IMG/VR virus record: IMGVR_UViG_3300044701_003160
Location: 155,019-219,018 of that record
DNA: 64,000 bases
Direction: 5' to 3' (one strand)
Positions 48,958-56,881 of this stretch are shown one piece after another; position 1 is the first letter of the stretch, and every line of letters begins with the position of its first letter. The notes under the pieces are model-generated. The model was given only the letters and a program-made list of their open reading frames with translations, was not told the origin of the DNA and did no database searches. A program made the position numbers and the translations under genes.

Positions 48958-49422
48958 TCAACAACTGTACATTAATGCACCTAAACCTGCACCAAATAAT
49001 GTCCAACCGTTACTCTTATAATTGCGATAGGAATAGTTATAACTACCCGAAGAACTGCTACCACTATAGTTGCGATTGTAATTTGAGTTGTATTTGTAAC
49101 CATTTCCACCTGATAGTGCTTCTGCTAATCCAGCACCCATAGCTGCACCTGCGGTAGGATTACAAACTCGCTGACGATAGTATGGTTGTTGATTGTAGTA
49201 TGGTTGCTGATTTACAACTACATTATTACCACAAGGAACACGATTGCGAGTACGATTTACATAACCACTCACATAGTTTCCATAGTTGTTATAGTAACCA
49301 GGAACGTATTGTTCCACATTCACATAACAATAGCTTTCACCATAAACATTCACTTGCTGTGCCTGAGTTGGTGCAACAAATGCAAATGGAAGTAAGAGTG
49401 AAAGAGTGAGTAGATGTTTCAT
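48958..49422 (-). CDS. Secreted/membrane protein with signal peptide and glycine-zipper segments
   Basis: MKHLLTLSLLLPFAFVAPTQA signal-like N-terminus; GAAMGAGLA and GAGLGA; Y/N/Q-rich. Confidence 0.7.
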   Translation of the reverse strand: MKHLLTLSLLLPFAFVAPTQAQQVNVYGESYCYVNVEQYVPGYYNNYGNYVSGYVNRTRNRVPCGNNVVVNQQPYYNQQPYYRQRVCNPTAGAAMGAGLAEALSGGNGYKYNSNYNRNYSGSSSSGSYNYSYRNYKSNGWTLFGAGLGALMYSC

Positions 49423-49686
49423 TTACCAAGTACCATTTTGGATGTGGATTTTCTTGATTTCAGTATAAAGAAACTGACGAAGTTTAGGGTCTGTGGTGTT
49501 ATCAAAAGCATAATAGAGGCGATTGAGGTATTCTTTCTGTGTGGTGCATTTGACTACTTTTGCATCAGTTACACCAATACCATTTAGGGGCGAACCTGAT
49601 TGTACTTTGTTTTTTCCGAAGTTACCAGAAACGCGACCAGATGTACGCAGTTTAGGTTTAATCTTTGAGAGATTGGAGTAAGTCAT
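49423..49686 (-). CDS. Hypothetical basic protein
   Basis: 87-aa ORF MTYSNLSKIKPKLRT... Confidence 0.75.
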   Translation of the reverse strand: MTYSNLSKIKPKLRTSGRVSGNFGKNKVQSGSPLNGIGVTDAKVVKCTTQKEYLNRLYYAFDNTTDPKLRQFLYTEIKKIHIQNGTW

Positions 49687-49913
49687 TTCACAGTAATCGT
49701 TTGATTTTTAATCTGACAGAGGCGGGAAAGATTATCACCAGACAAAGCAACTTGAATGAAGTTGTAGTTAGTTTCACATTGCTGATTGAGTGCTTGTTGA
49801 GTTGTAATCACTCTAAGAACACCAGCAATAGGAGCACCAACAAATCCAATCAGTATAATAACAATAATCAGTAGAGAAACAACATCAGACAAATCAAAAT
49901 TGTTCTTTTTCAT
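49683..49913 (-). CDS. Small membrane-anchored protein
   Basis: Hydrophobic VVSLLIIVIILIGFVGAPIAGVL; C..NYNFIQV. Confidence 0.65.
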   Translation of the reverse strand: MKKNNFDLSDVVSLLIIVIILIGFVGAPIAGVLRVITTQQALNQQCETNYNFIQVALSGDNLSRLCQIKNQTITVK

Positions 49914-50119
49914 CGTGGAAACACAAGATTGTATTTGGAGATTAGCAAATCACGCACACATTCACGATCAATACTATCACCAGCAAACTCATCTCCTTTC
50001 AGTTTAAGTATCTTGAGATGCGTAGAAGTTGCTTGTTTGATGAGTTTCAGAGTTGCACCCATAGGATACAATCCATCGGGACCATAGAAAGAGAGAACAT
50101 AATCGTAAAAGTCAGTCAT
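49910..50119 (-). CDS. Hypothetical protein
   Basis: MTDFYDYVLSFYGPDGLYPMG...DSIDRECVRD; start trimmed to the ATG at 50119. Confidence 0.7.
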   Translation of the reverse strand: MTDFYDYVLSFYGPDGLYPMGATLKLIKQATSTHLKILKLKGDEFAGDSIDRECVRDLLISKYNLVFPR

Positions 50120-50120
50120 T

Positions 50121-50330
50121 TCAGTTACAATCATAGTTGTTGAGAATGTTACGGGCAAACTTCATAAAATCGTATGCAGTTACACCACCTTTGTGATTAT
50201 CAACGGTATAACCATCAAGCATGTCTGTCTGATTGTAAGTATTCACAATCAACAAACAAGCATCATAAAGTGCTGCCTGATGTTCTTCTTCAGAGTGAAA
50301 AGAAATTGCGTTGTAGGATGGAAGAGTCAT
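50121..50330 (-). CDS. Hypothetical protein
   Basis: MTLPSYNAISFHSEEEHQAALYDAC...; start trimmed to the ATG at 50330. Confidence 0.7.
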   Translation of the reverse strand: MTLPSYNAISFHSEEEHQAALYDACLLIVNTYNQTDMLDGYTVDNHKGGVTAYDFMKFARNILNNYDCN

Positions 50331-50337
50331 AATCAGT

Positions 50338-50535
50338 TCAGAGATTGATCCAGAGAGCATTAGCAACTACATCAGCGGCACCTGCTACATTATCACGCAC
50401 AATCAGTCGCAGAGTTTCTGCACCTTGAGGATGTTTGTGCATTTCGCGGATGTTATCTGCGGTGCGTGGATCATTAGCAGCATCCACAATCATTTCAGCG
50501 ATTTGGTTAATCATTTGACTTTGTGTGGTTCTCAT
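50338..50535 (-). CDS. Hypothetical protein, first gene after repeat copy 6
   Basis: 65-aa ORF; second in-frame ATG at codon 8. Confidence 0.65.
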   Translation of the reverse strand: MRTTQSQMINQIAEMIVDAANDPRTADNIREMHKHPQGAETLRLIVRDNVAGAADVVANALWINL

Positions 50536-50563
50536 ACTACTGATGCACTTTAAGGGGCCCAGT
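50534..50563 (-). repeat. 30-bp repeat, copy 6
   Basis: ACTGGGCCCCTTAAAGTGCATCAGTAGTAT. Confidence 0.95.
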
Positions 50564-50592
50564 AACTATTAGGAACCTAATAAATAATGTGC

Positions 50593-50668
50593 CTAAGTGG
50601 GTGGTACTTCTCAGGCGGGGACACTAGAAATAGTGTCCCTTATAAATAATACTACCACCCAAACTTAG
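50593..50668 (+). promoter_or_regulatory. Nested hairpin with an internal late promoter controlling the GIY-YIG gene
   Basis: Outer arms CTAAGT-GGGTGGTA / TACCACCC-AA-ACTTAG; inner GGGACACTA-GAAA-TAGTGTCCC; TATAAATA at 50641-50648. Confidence 0.8.
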
Positions 50669-50677
50669 AGTAGAACT

Positions 50678-51403
50678 ATGGTAAACCCTAACAGGTTTTA
50701 TACTTATGCTTACTTGCGTGAAGATAGGACACCTTACTATATTGGTAAAGGTAGCGGGCGGAGAGTATATACAAAAAGAAAAGATGGAGTAAATGCACCC
50801 AAAGATAAATCCAAAATAATCTTTCTTAAACAAAATCTAACTGAAGAAGAGGCATTTAGGCACGAAATCTATATGATTGCAGTGTTTGGTAGAAAGGATT
50901 TAGAAACTGGTATTCTTCACAATAAGACTAATGGTGGCGAAGGCCCAAGTGGATATAAGTTTAGTGAGGAGAGTAAAGCAAGAATGAGTGCTGCAAAGAA
51001 AGGTAAACCTACTCATAATAAAGGTAAAACTCTTTCAGACGAAACAAAAAAGAAAATTGGTATAGCAAGAAAAGGCAGAACTCACTCAGAAGAAAGTAAA
51101 AGAAAAATGAGTGAAGCAAATAAAGGTAAAACTAAATCAGAAGAACATAAAAGAAAACTAAGAGAAATAAACAAAAATAGAAAATTTATATGCAATATCA
51201 TATGGACTATTGAAAACATTCATACCGAAGAATTATTTGAAATTATCAACTTAAATGAGTGGTGTAGAAATAACAACTTAAATTCAGGAACACTCAACAG
51301 AACACAAAATCACATCAAACAATATAAAGGATACAGAATTATCTCCAAGAGTTTTGTAGAAAATTCTGACGGGAAAAGCAGGACCTATCAACCAACTTCA
51401 TAA
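50678..51403 (+). CDS. GIY-YIG (Seg-like) homing endonuclease with NUMOD3 repeats
   Basis: FYTYAYLR...[11 protein letters not shown], catalytic E (FRHEI), HNKTNGGEG, repeated [16 protein letters not shown]; the only convincing plus-strand gene. Confidence 0.9.
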   Translation: MVNPNRFYTYAYLREDRTPYYIGKGSGRRVYTKRKDGVNAPKDKSKIIFLKQNLTEEEAFRHEIYMIAVFGRKDLETGILHNKTNGGEGPSGYKFSEESKARMSAAKKGKPTHNKGKTLSDETKKKIGIARKGRTHSEESKRKMSEANKGKTKSEEHKRKLREINKNRKFICNIIWTIENIHTEELFEIINLNEWCRNNNLNSGTLNRTQNHIKQYKGYRIISKSFVENSDGKSRTYQPTS

Positions 51404-52217
51404 TGATGCTATCATTTTTCAGAACAAATCCTTCACCAACAATCCTTTCACCATTAAGATAAGATTTTGGTGCATCACTGACGATCATACAATCCATCAA
51501 ATCTTCTTTGAGTTCAATCATTGTGAGATACAAATGAGCAAGATGCTTACACCCCAAAATGTTGATAAGATTAAACCAGTTGAGTTCTTCCTCAGACCTA
51601 ATGATAGCATTGATTTTAACTTTTGCCTCTGCTGCTTCTTTTACAGACAGGAATTGCACATCGCTCGTATCAATCTCTGGTAGAACTGGACGGACCATAT
51701 CTACAATCGGTTGAACAAACTTAACGCTCTCAGTATCATCAAAGAATGGTGCAGTTCCAGACACATAAGCATCCTTCAACTCACCATCAGTATTCCAAAC
51801 TGTGTGTGGAGCAATTACAATCTTTTGAGCAATTACTTCAGGAAACTGATACGAAATTGTATTTGGTTGAAAAGTATCAGTATCGCCAAAACCAATAAAG
51901 TCACCTTGAATGATACTATCGACGCGAGGAAGATAATCAAAGCAAGCGTGAAGAATGTCTGCAACCTTGCCCGAATGGTTCTTCTCAATTTCATCGTGAG
52001 AATGATTGATCTTAAGTTTAACTTTGTTGAAGACAGATTTAGTGCCTACAAAGAACTTACCAGTTGCAGGATTGGTTCCCCAAACAATAGCAGGACTACC
52101 ATCAATCTTCAGCGAAACTTCATAGTCTCCGTTGAAGAAATCAAGGACTGATAGATCACCAGTAAGGATACAATCCTCAAAGTGTTCTTGATGCTTGTTA
52201 AGTGGTTTGGTCTTCAT
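51339..52217 (-). CDS. Ligase-like nucleotidyltransferase-fold protein
   Basis: SLKIDGSP (motif I KxDG), IIQGDFI (III), GEGFVL (IV), IMKLV (V). Confidence 0.6.
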   Translation of the reverse strand: MKTKPLNKHQEHFEDCILTGDLSVLDFFNGDYEVSLKIDGSPAIVWGTNPATGKFFVGTKSVFNKVKLKINHSHDEIEKNHSGKVADILHACFDYLPRVDSIIQGDFIGFGDTDTFQPNTISYQFPEVIAQKIVIAPHTVWNTDGELKDAYVSGTAPFFDDTESVKFVQPIVDMVRPVLPEIDTSDVQFLSVKEAAEAKVKINAIIRSEEELNWFNLINILGCKHLAHLYLTMIELKEDLMDCMIVSDAPKSYLNGERIVGEGFVLKNDSIIMKLVDRSCFSRQNFLQNSWR

Positions 52218-52245
52218 ACTATAGATGCACTTTGAGGGGCCCAGT
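52216..52245 (-). repeat. 30-bp repeat, copy 7
   Basis: ACTGGGCCCCTCAAAGTGCATCTATAGTAT. Confidence 0.93.
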
Positions 52246-52246
52246 A

Positions 52247-52432
52247 CTAATCAATGGGTAACTGTGCTACACTCTTACCTTTCTTGAGATCTGAAATATA
52301 TTTACGAGCAGAACTTTCAGTCCTACAGAGTTTCTCAAGTTGTTGCCCATTGTGTATGATAATGTATCCAGAGTTTCCATACGGAATTGCAGCATACTCT
52401 CCATCTTTACCCACAATAAATCCTTCTTTCAT
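52247..52432 (-). CDS. Hypothetical protein
   Basis: 61-aa ORF; ATGA overlap; stop 1 nt from repeat 7. Confidence 0.75.
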   Translation of the reverse strand: MKEGFIVGKDGEYAAIPYGNSGYIIIHNGQQLEKLCRTESSARKYISDLKKGKSVAQLPID

Positions 52433-52977
52433 ACTAAAAACTCCTTTTCGTATTGTATCAAATGCTCAGGAAAGTACAGTCCATTTCCTGATACTGGTTG
52501 TGCGTTTTTCCATCGTTGTTCATTATCTGGACGACGATAGAGATTGATACCAAGATGAGTATACTTTTGGTCTGTTGGTACACTCACAGTATAATCATTA
52601 CCATCGTTCGTTGTAAGCAAACTGAGTTGAATGTTCTCTTCTGCAGTTACAACAACTGTAGCACAAGACTTCCAAAAAATGTCACGAAACACCTCAAAGT
52701 CTTGCAGGTAAATATCAGGATTGTCCAGTATCATTCTACCAACAAACTGCGGAGAAAGATAGTGGTCCTGAACAGTTTTCTTCCTATTCAGTTTGTTATA
52801 GTATGCTGCTTCACTTATAAACCCTGTATGATTTGGAGTTCCACAATCAAACACGCCGATGTAGTAAATCCGTGTGATGGGACGACTAAACTCAGGTTTG
52901 CCCCAGTTATGAACATTTGCTCGCAGACTATTGAAAGTGGTTTCGCAATACTCTTGCCAGCGATTTGAGGTTCTCAT
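52429..52977 (-). CDS. Hypothetical protein with an HNH-like (DHxxxP...TxEENxxL) motif
   Basis: QDHYLSPQF and VVVTAEENIQLS. Confidence 0.6.
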   Translation of the reverse strand: MRTSNRWQEYCETTFNSLRANVHNWGKPEFSRPITRIYYIGVFDCGTPNHTGFISEAAYYNKLNRKKTVQDHYLSPQFVGRMILDNPDIYLQDFEVFRDIFWKSCATVVVTAEENIQLSLLTTNDGNDYTVSVPTDQKYTHLGINLYRRPDNEQRWKNAQPVSGNGLYFPEHLIQYEKEFLV

Positions 52978-52986
52978 TTACAATTT

Positions 52987-53478
52987 CTAAAAAATCAGTG
53001 ATTTGGTTGGATTGGATGGGTGATAGGTCCGTTGCAGTAGAATCGCAAGAAAATCAGGTTTTGACCCCTGATGGCCACAGGGGTCTTGGTGAGACTCACC
53101 TGCGAACGGTGCTTTCTTCCTCCAGTAACATTGGCGTTGCTGTTCTCTTCTTGCCGCCCTGTATTCTTCCTCACTATTATATTTTGATTTACCTTTATTC
53201 CAAGCAACTTGTCCTTTGTGGGATTCACTCATTTTTGCTTTAGTTTCTTCTGTTGGTATTTGAACTCCCTTTTTTCCCTTGTTCCAAGGTATATTTCCTT
53301 TGAGTGAATTGCTAATTTTTTGTTTAGTCTCCTCGCTCAAAGTTCTGTATCCAGGATAAGCACCAGCACCTGGAGGTTGGAAATACTGATATTCACCTTT
53401 TTTAGGAGGTTCCCATTCCATTTCCTTCAAAGATTCTATTATTAGTTCCCAAGTCTCGTCCATACTTGCTATCAGCAT
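52987..53478 (-). CDS. NUMOD3-repeat DNA-binding protein lacking a nuclease domain
   Basis: LSEETKQKISNSLKGNIPWNKG, TEETKAKMSESHKGQVAWNKG; ATAAATA late promoter at 53489-53495. Confidence 0.7.
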   Translation of the reverse strand: MLIASMDETWELIIESLKEMEWEPPKKGEYQYFQPPGAGAYPGYRTLSEETKQKISNSLKGNIPWNKGKKGVQIPTEETKAKMSESHKGQVAWNKGKSKYNSEEEYRAARREQQRQCYWRKKAPFAGESHQDPCGHQGSKPDFLAILLQRTYHPSNPTKSLIF

Positions 53479-53491
53479 CGTTCAATTATAT

Positions 53492-54739
53492 TTATCGACG
53501 GACAACTGACACAGCAGGTTCACCTTTGGTGAAAATCGTATCAACAACTGCCTGCACACTGCGAGCGGTAGCAATACCAACCTTAGAGTACACAGGAATA
53601 CAAACCAGACCGAACGATTTACTATACTGAGCAAGGTTGCCAGGTTCAATACGTCCATCACGCATACCTTGAGCATCATCGTGATGCAAACGGATGCAAC
53701 GGCCGATGGTCTGACTGATACCAATGAAGTCCATATTGCGAAGGAACAATACTGCTTCCAGACCGCTGACGTTGATACCTTCAGCAAGAATACTGTGATG
53801 CAGAACAACAAACTTCTTGGTGTTATCCTTGCCCCAAGCAGACAGCGTATCAAAGAATACTTCGCGGTTCACTTTCTGCCCATCAATCACAGCTCCAGTC
53901 TTGGCAGTAATGTACATCCAAGAGTAACCACGTTGCTCTAGTTCAGCACAGAAATCAGTTTCAGCAACCAAAGACACAATCTGCTTGGTTGCCTTAGCAC
54001 AGATCAGAATCTTGCCGACGCTGTTCTCATCAATCGTTTCCAGCAGATTCTCTGCATCACGGTCAAAGTTGGTCTGCTTACCAGTTACCATAGGCAGTTG
54101 CTTGACGATAACTTTAGGGGGAACAATATACCCACCTTTGACAAGTTCAGGAGCAGGAACTTTACAGATCACCTGACCATAAACTTCTGCATCATTCATT
54201 CCTGGTTTACCCATAGCAAGAGAATGTTTTGGGGTAGCAGTAAAGAAGTATGCGCGTCGTGCATTAGCAGAGAAATGCTCAGTTGCAGGGAAAAAGTGAC
54301 GCTGAACACTGTTATGTGCCTCGTCAAAGTAGATTGTGTCTACATCAATCTCAGCAACAGCAAGACGCGAAAGAGAGTGATATGTCGTTACAATCAGTTT
54401 GTGATGAGACTGATTACTCTCCACCCAACTACGAATCTCCAGAGGACGAGTAGAACTTTCCCAGTGAACTTCACCTGAATGGCAGTGGAAAACTTTGGCG
54501 TTGGTGATAAACTCCAGAAACTCACTGGATAATTGCGCTGCAAGCAAAATCCGGGGAGCAACAACAACAATCGTTTGAGGAGTTTGTGATTGCAACTGAC
54601 GCATAGCATCAACAATCATCGTAGGAGTTTTTCCTGCTCCAGTAGGCATAATCAATTGCCCACGATTGTGATTCAGCATAGCATCAAGACCACGTTCTTG
54701 ATGCGGCCGCAGTTGAAAGTTCATAAGGTTGGTTCTCAT
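53492..54739 (-). CDS. Superfamily 2 (DEAH) helicase, type III-Res/UvsW-like
   Basis: LRPHQ Q-motif, MPTGAGKT, FDEAHN, TATP, ILAEGINV, QTIGRCIR; likely start at codon 6. Confidence 0.92.
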   Translation of the reverse strand: MRTNLMNFQLRPHQERGLDAMLNHNRGQLIMPTGAGKTPTMIVDAMRQLQSQTPQTIVVVAPRILLAAQLSSEFLEFITNAKVFHCHSGEVHWESSTRPLEIRSWVESNQSHHKLIVTTYHSLSRLAVAEIDVDTIYFDEAHNSVQRHFFPATEHFSANARRAYFFTATPKHSLAMGKPGMNDAEVYGQVICKVPAPELVKGGYIVPPKVIVKQLPMVTGKQTNFDRDAENLLETIDENSVGKILICAKATKQIVSLVAETDFCAELEQRGYSWMYITAKTGAVIDGQKVNREVFFDTLSAWGKDNTKKFVVLHHSILAEGINVSGLEAVLFLRNMDFIGISQTIGRCIRLHHDDAQGMRDGRIEPGNLAQYSKSFGLVCIPVYSKVGIATARSVQAVVDTIFTKGEPAVSVVRR

Positions 54740-54767
54740 ACTATAAGTGCAATTTCAGGGGCCCAGT
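54738..54767 (-). repeat. 30-bp repeat, copy 8 (most diverged)
   Basis: ACTGGGCCCCTGAAATTGCACTTATAGTAT. Confidence 0.9.
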
Positions 54768-54768
54768 T

Positions 54769-55254
54769 TCAGTTCTTTGGACTGACTTGTGCGGGAGTAT
54801 CAGAAGGTACATCAAATCCTTTCTTGATTGAATCACCTTGAGCAAATCCAACGCCACCTAAAATAAGTGCAAGTGCAAGAACTATTCCTGCTTTTCCGTG
54901 TCCTAGATCATCATCGCGTTCGTTATAGTCTTCGATAGATTGACCAGTAACTTTCTCACCAATCCAGGCACCTGCTGCACCTCCAACAGTCATCAAAATC
55001 CAAGGAGTAAAGGTCATAAATGCCCAACCAACTGCAATTAGACCAAGCAGTCCAACAGTTGCGTTCATACTTGCTTCAGAAGCAGCAGGATTGCTAGAAG
55101 ACCGATTGCTTACTTGGTGAAGGTTGCGTATTGTAATTGGACTATAAATGTGCTGGATTGTCTCCTTAGCAACATAAGATGCTCCTGCTTCAACTGTAAC
55201 TGGAAAGTACGATCCAGTATTAGTTACCTTAATTTCTGCTTGCCAGGTAGCCAT
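54769..55254 (-). CDS. Membrane protein with about three TM segments
   Basis: MATWQAEIKV... followed by hydrophobic LLGLIAVGWAFMTFTPWILMTVGGAAGAWIG and GIVLALALILGGVGF. Confidence 0.7.
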   Translation of the reverse strand: MATWQAEIKVTNTGSYFPVTVEAGASYVAKETIQHIYSPITIRNLHQVSNRSSSNPAASEASMNATVGLLGLIAVGWAFMTFTPWILMTVGGAAGAWIGEKVTGQSIEDYNERDDDLGHGKAGIVLALALILGGVGFAQGDSIKKGFDVPSDTPAQVSPKN

Positions 55255-55256
55255 AA

Positions 55257-55454
55257 TCAACCTCCGTAGATTTCTTCAGCAACAGGAGTATCACCGAACA
55301 TTTCATTATACAACCAATCAGCAGGTTTGTCCAGGTCACGCTCACATTCTTTCAGATAAGAAATCTCACGAGCATAGAACTCCATAGACTTCTTTGCCTT
55401 CAGATACTGATTGCGAGCATCATAAAGTGCGCGTTGGATTTCAATTCGGTCCAT
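55257..55454 (-). CDS. Hypothetical protein, first gene after repeat copy 9
   Basis: 65-aa helical ORF. Confidence 0.7.
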   Translation of the reverse strand: MDRIEIQRALYDARNQYLKAKKSMEFYAREISYLKECERDLDKPADWLYNEMFGDTPVAEEIYGG

Positions 55455-55470
55455 AATGAAGTTGGTGTCT

Positions 55471-55500
55471 ATACTACTGATGCAGTTTCAGGGGCCCAGT
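55471..55500 (-). repeat. 30-bp repeat, copy 9
   Basis: ACTGGGCCCCTGAAACTGCATCAGTAGTAT. Confidence 0.95.
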
Positions 55501-55501
55501 A

Positions 55502-56134
55502 TCAGTCTTTATCAGGTCCAGTGTACTTGTGCTTAAGTTCGCTTTCTTTCTTCTTACCTGCTGCTTTTAGCACTAAATCACGCAGTTTCTGTTTTCCTGC
55601 TCTTACAACTTTCTTCTTCTCTGCTCTCGTATATTTGCCTTTAACCATATGCTCTTCAGGTTTTCTAGAACTTGAGAATCTTTCATCACTTGCAGGTTTT
55701 GATGCTTTAGGTTTATCTGCTGCTTTCTTGGAGAGTAATTGTGTTGCTGTCTTCTCTAATTCCTTTGCCTTTGGTTTAGATGCAGCACCTCCAGATGCTT
55801 TTGCTGCTGCTCTTGCTTTTGCTGCAGCTCTGCGTTCTGCTTTTACCTTTTCTGCATAAGATTGTGCAACTTCCTTACTTCCACGCTCTTTTTCAGGTTG
55901 AGCTTGACGTTCAGCAGCAGTCTTTTGAGTTCCAATATCCTTTCTTGGTTTATAAGAACTTGGTCTAGATTCTCCACCACCTGTTCTCTTTGTTCTACGG
56001 ATTTCTGCTGGTGACTTTTTCCTTTCTTGACTAACTCTACCACCAGAACCAATAGTTCTGATTTGAGAACCCGACATCACCTCTTTGTCGTAAGTTGCCT
56101 CGCAGAGAGTCATAAATTGAGAGAACGTTTTCAT
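55502..56134 (-). CDS. Basic putative internal head protein with a capsid-targeting-like N-terminus
   Basis: MKTFSQFMTLCEA resembles the T4 IP CTS MKTYQEFIAE; K/R/A-rich; CTAAATA promoter at 56157-56163. Confidence 0.65.
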   Translation of the reverse strand: MKTFSQFMTLCEATYDKEVMSGSQIRTIGSGGRVSQERKKSPAEIRRTKRTGGGESRPSSYKPRKDIGTQKTAAERQAQPEKERGSKEVAQSYAEKVKAERRAAAKARAAAKASGGAASKPKAKELEKTATQLLSKKAADKPKASKPASDERFSSSRKPEEHMVKGKYTRAEKKKVVRAGKQKLRDLVLKAAGKKKESELKHKYTGPDKD

Positions 56135-56156
56135 CAGAAACAGAGTTGTTTCTTAT

Positions 56157-56224
56157 TATTTAGAATAATACAGGAGCGAGAGGACAAAATCAAGCAAAAG
56201 TGGCCAGTTTCTCAACTGGCCACT
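56157..56224 (-). promoter_or_regulatory. Stem-loop, sigma70-like promoter and late promoter in tandem
   Basis: AGTGGCCAGTT-N4-AACTGGCCACT (56199-56224); TTGATT-N17-TATTAT (56193-56165); CTAAATA (56163-56157). Confidence 0.75.
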
Positions 56225-56229
56225 CACAT

Positions 56230-56460
56230 TCAATCTTCTTCTTGTTCTTCCTCTACAACTTGATTTTCTAGTGCTAGTTTATCAAATGCTGCTTTACTAC
56301 CCTTAAAGACACGACCATCTTTGTAGAATCCAAGAACTCTTTCTCGTCGTGCTTCAAGTAGAATATCATATTGCTCTTGTTGTTCGCGTGAGAGTTTGAA
56401 ATCTTGTTGTCTCCACTTAAGTTGGAGTTCACGCAGATGATGCAGAATGTTAGAAGTCAT
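56230..56460 (-). CDS. Hypothetical protein
   Basis: 76-aa ORF on the coding strand. Confidence 0.7.
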   Translation of the reverse strand: MTSNILHHLRELQLKWRQQDFKLSREQQEQYDILLEARRERVLGFYKDGRVFKGSKAAFDKLALENQVVEEEQEED

Positions 56461-56469
56461 TTATAAAAA

Positions 56470-56607
56470 TCAGTAATCGTAGTTAGAGTTGAGATACTTA
56501 TCAAAAGACTTTGAGTCTTTGTCTTCATCAAAAAGACCTTCATTCATCTCTTCAACGAAATCAAATGTAGAAAACTCTTCTACAGAGAGATCATCAAAAT
56601 CGTCCAT
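56470..56607 (-). CDS. Highly acidic peptide (45 aa), first gene after repeat copy 10
   Basis: Hand-translated MDDFDDLSVEEFSTFDFVEEMNEGLFDEDKDSKSFDKYLNSNYDY. Confidence 0.65.
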   Translation of the reverse strand: MDDFDDLSVEEFSTFDFVEEMNEGLFDEDKDSKSFDKYLNSNYDY

Positions 56608-56623
56608 TTGAGTTTGAGTGCTT

Positions 56624-56653
56624 ACATTACTGATGCACTTTCAGGGGCCCACT
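56624..56653 (-). repeat. 30-bp repeat, copy 10
   Basis: AGTGGGCCCCTGAAAGTGCATCAGTAATGT. Confidence 0.93.
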
Positions 56654-56662
56654 TCATTTAAA

Positions 56663-56881
56663 TTATTCTTGAGATAGAATAATGCACTTAACTGGTTTAG
56701 GTTCTGCTGGAACAATATGAGTTCTTACTGCATTAAACACAATAAATCCGTTAGTTATAAAAATACTTAAAAACATCAAAAGACGGATAAGAGCAATCCT
56801 ATCCGCCTCTTTATTATTCTTTCCAGACTTCTCTCCAAGTGCTTTTGCTATCAATCTCCACATAGGTTTCTTATTCTTCAT
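56663..56881 (-). CDS. Small membrane protein
   Basis: WRLIAKALGEKSG...ADRIALIRLLMFLSIFITNGFIVFNAVR. Confidence 0.75.
   Translation of the reverse strand: MKNKKPMWRLIAKALGEKSGKNNKEADRIALIRLLMFLSIFITNGFIVFNAVRTHIVPAEPKPVKCIILSQE

Noticed and set aside
51711-54841. Plus-strand ORFs of 80-156 aa opposite the ligase-like, HNH-like and helicase genes
   Set aside because: They are antisense to motif-bearing genes and have no promoter or recognisable domain.
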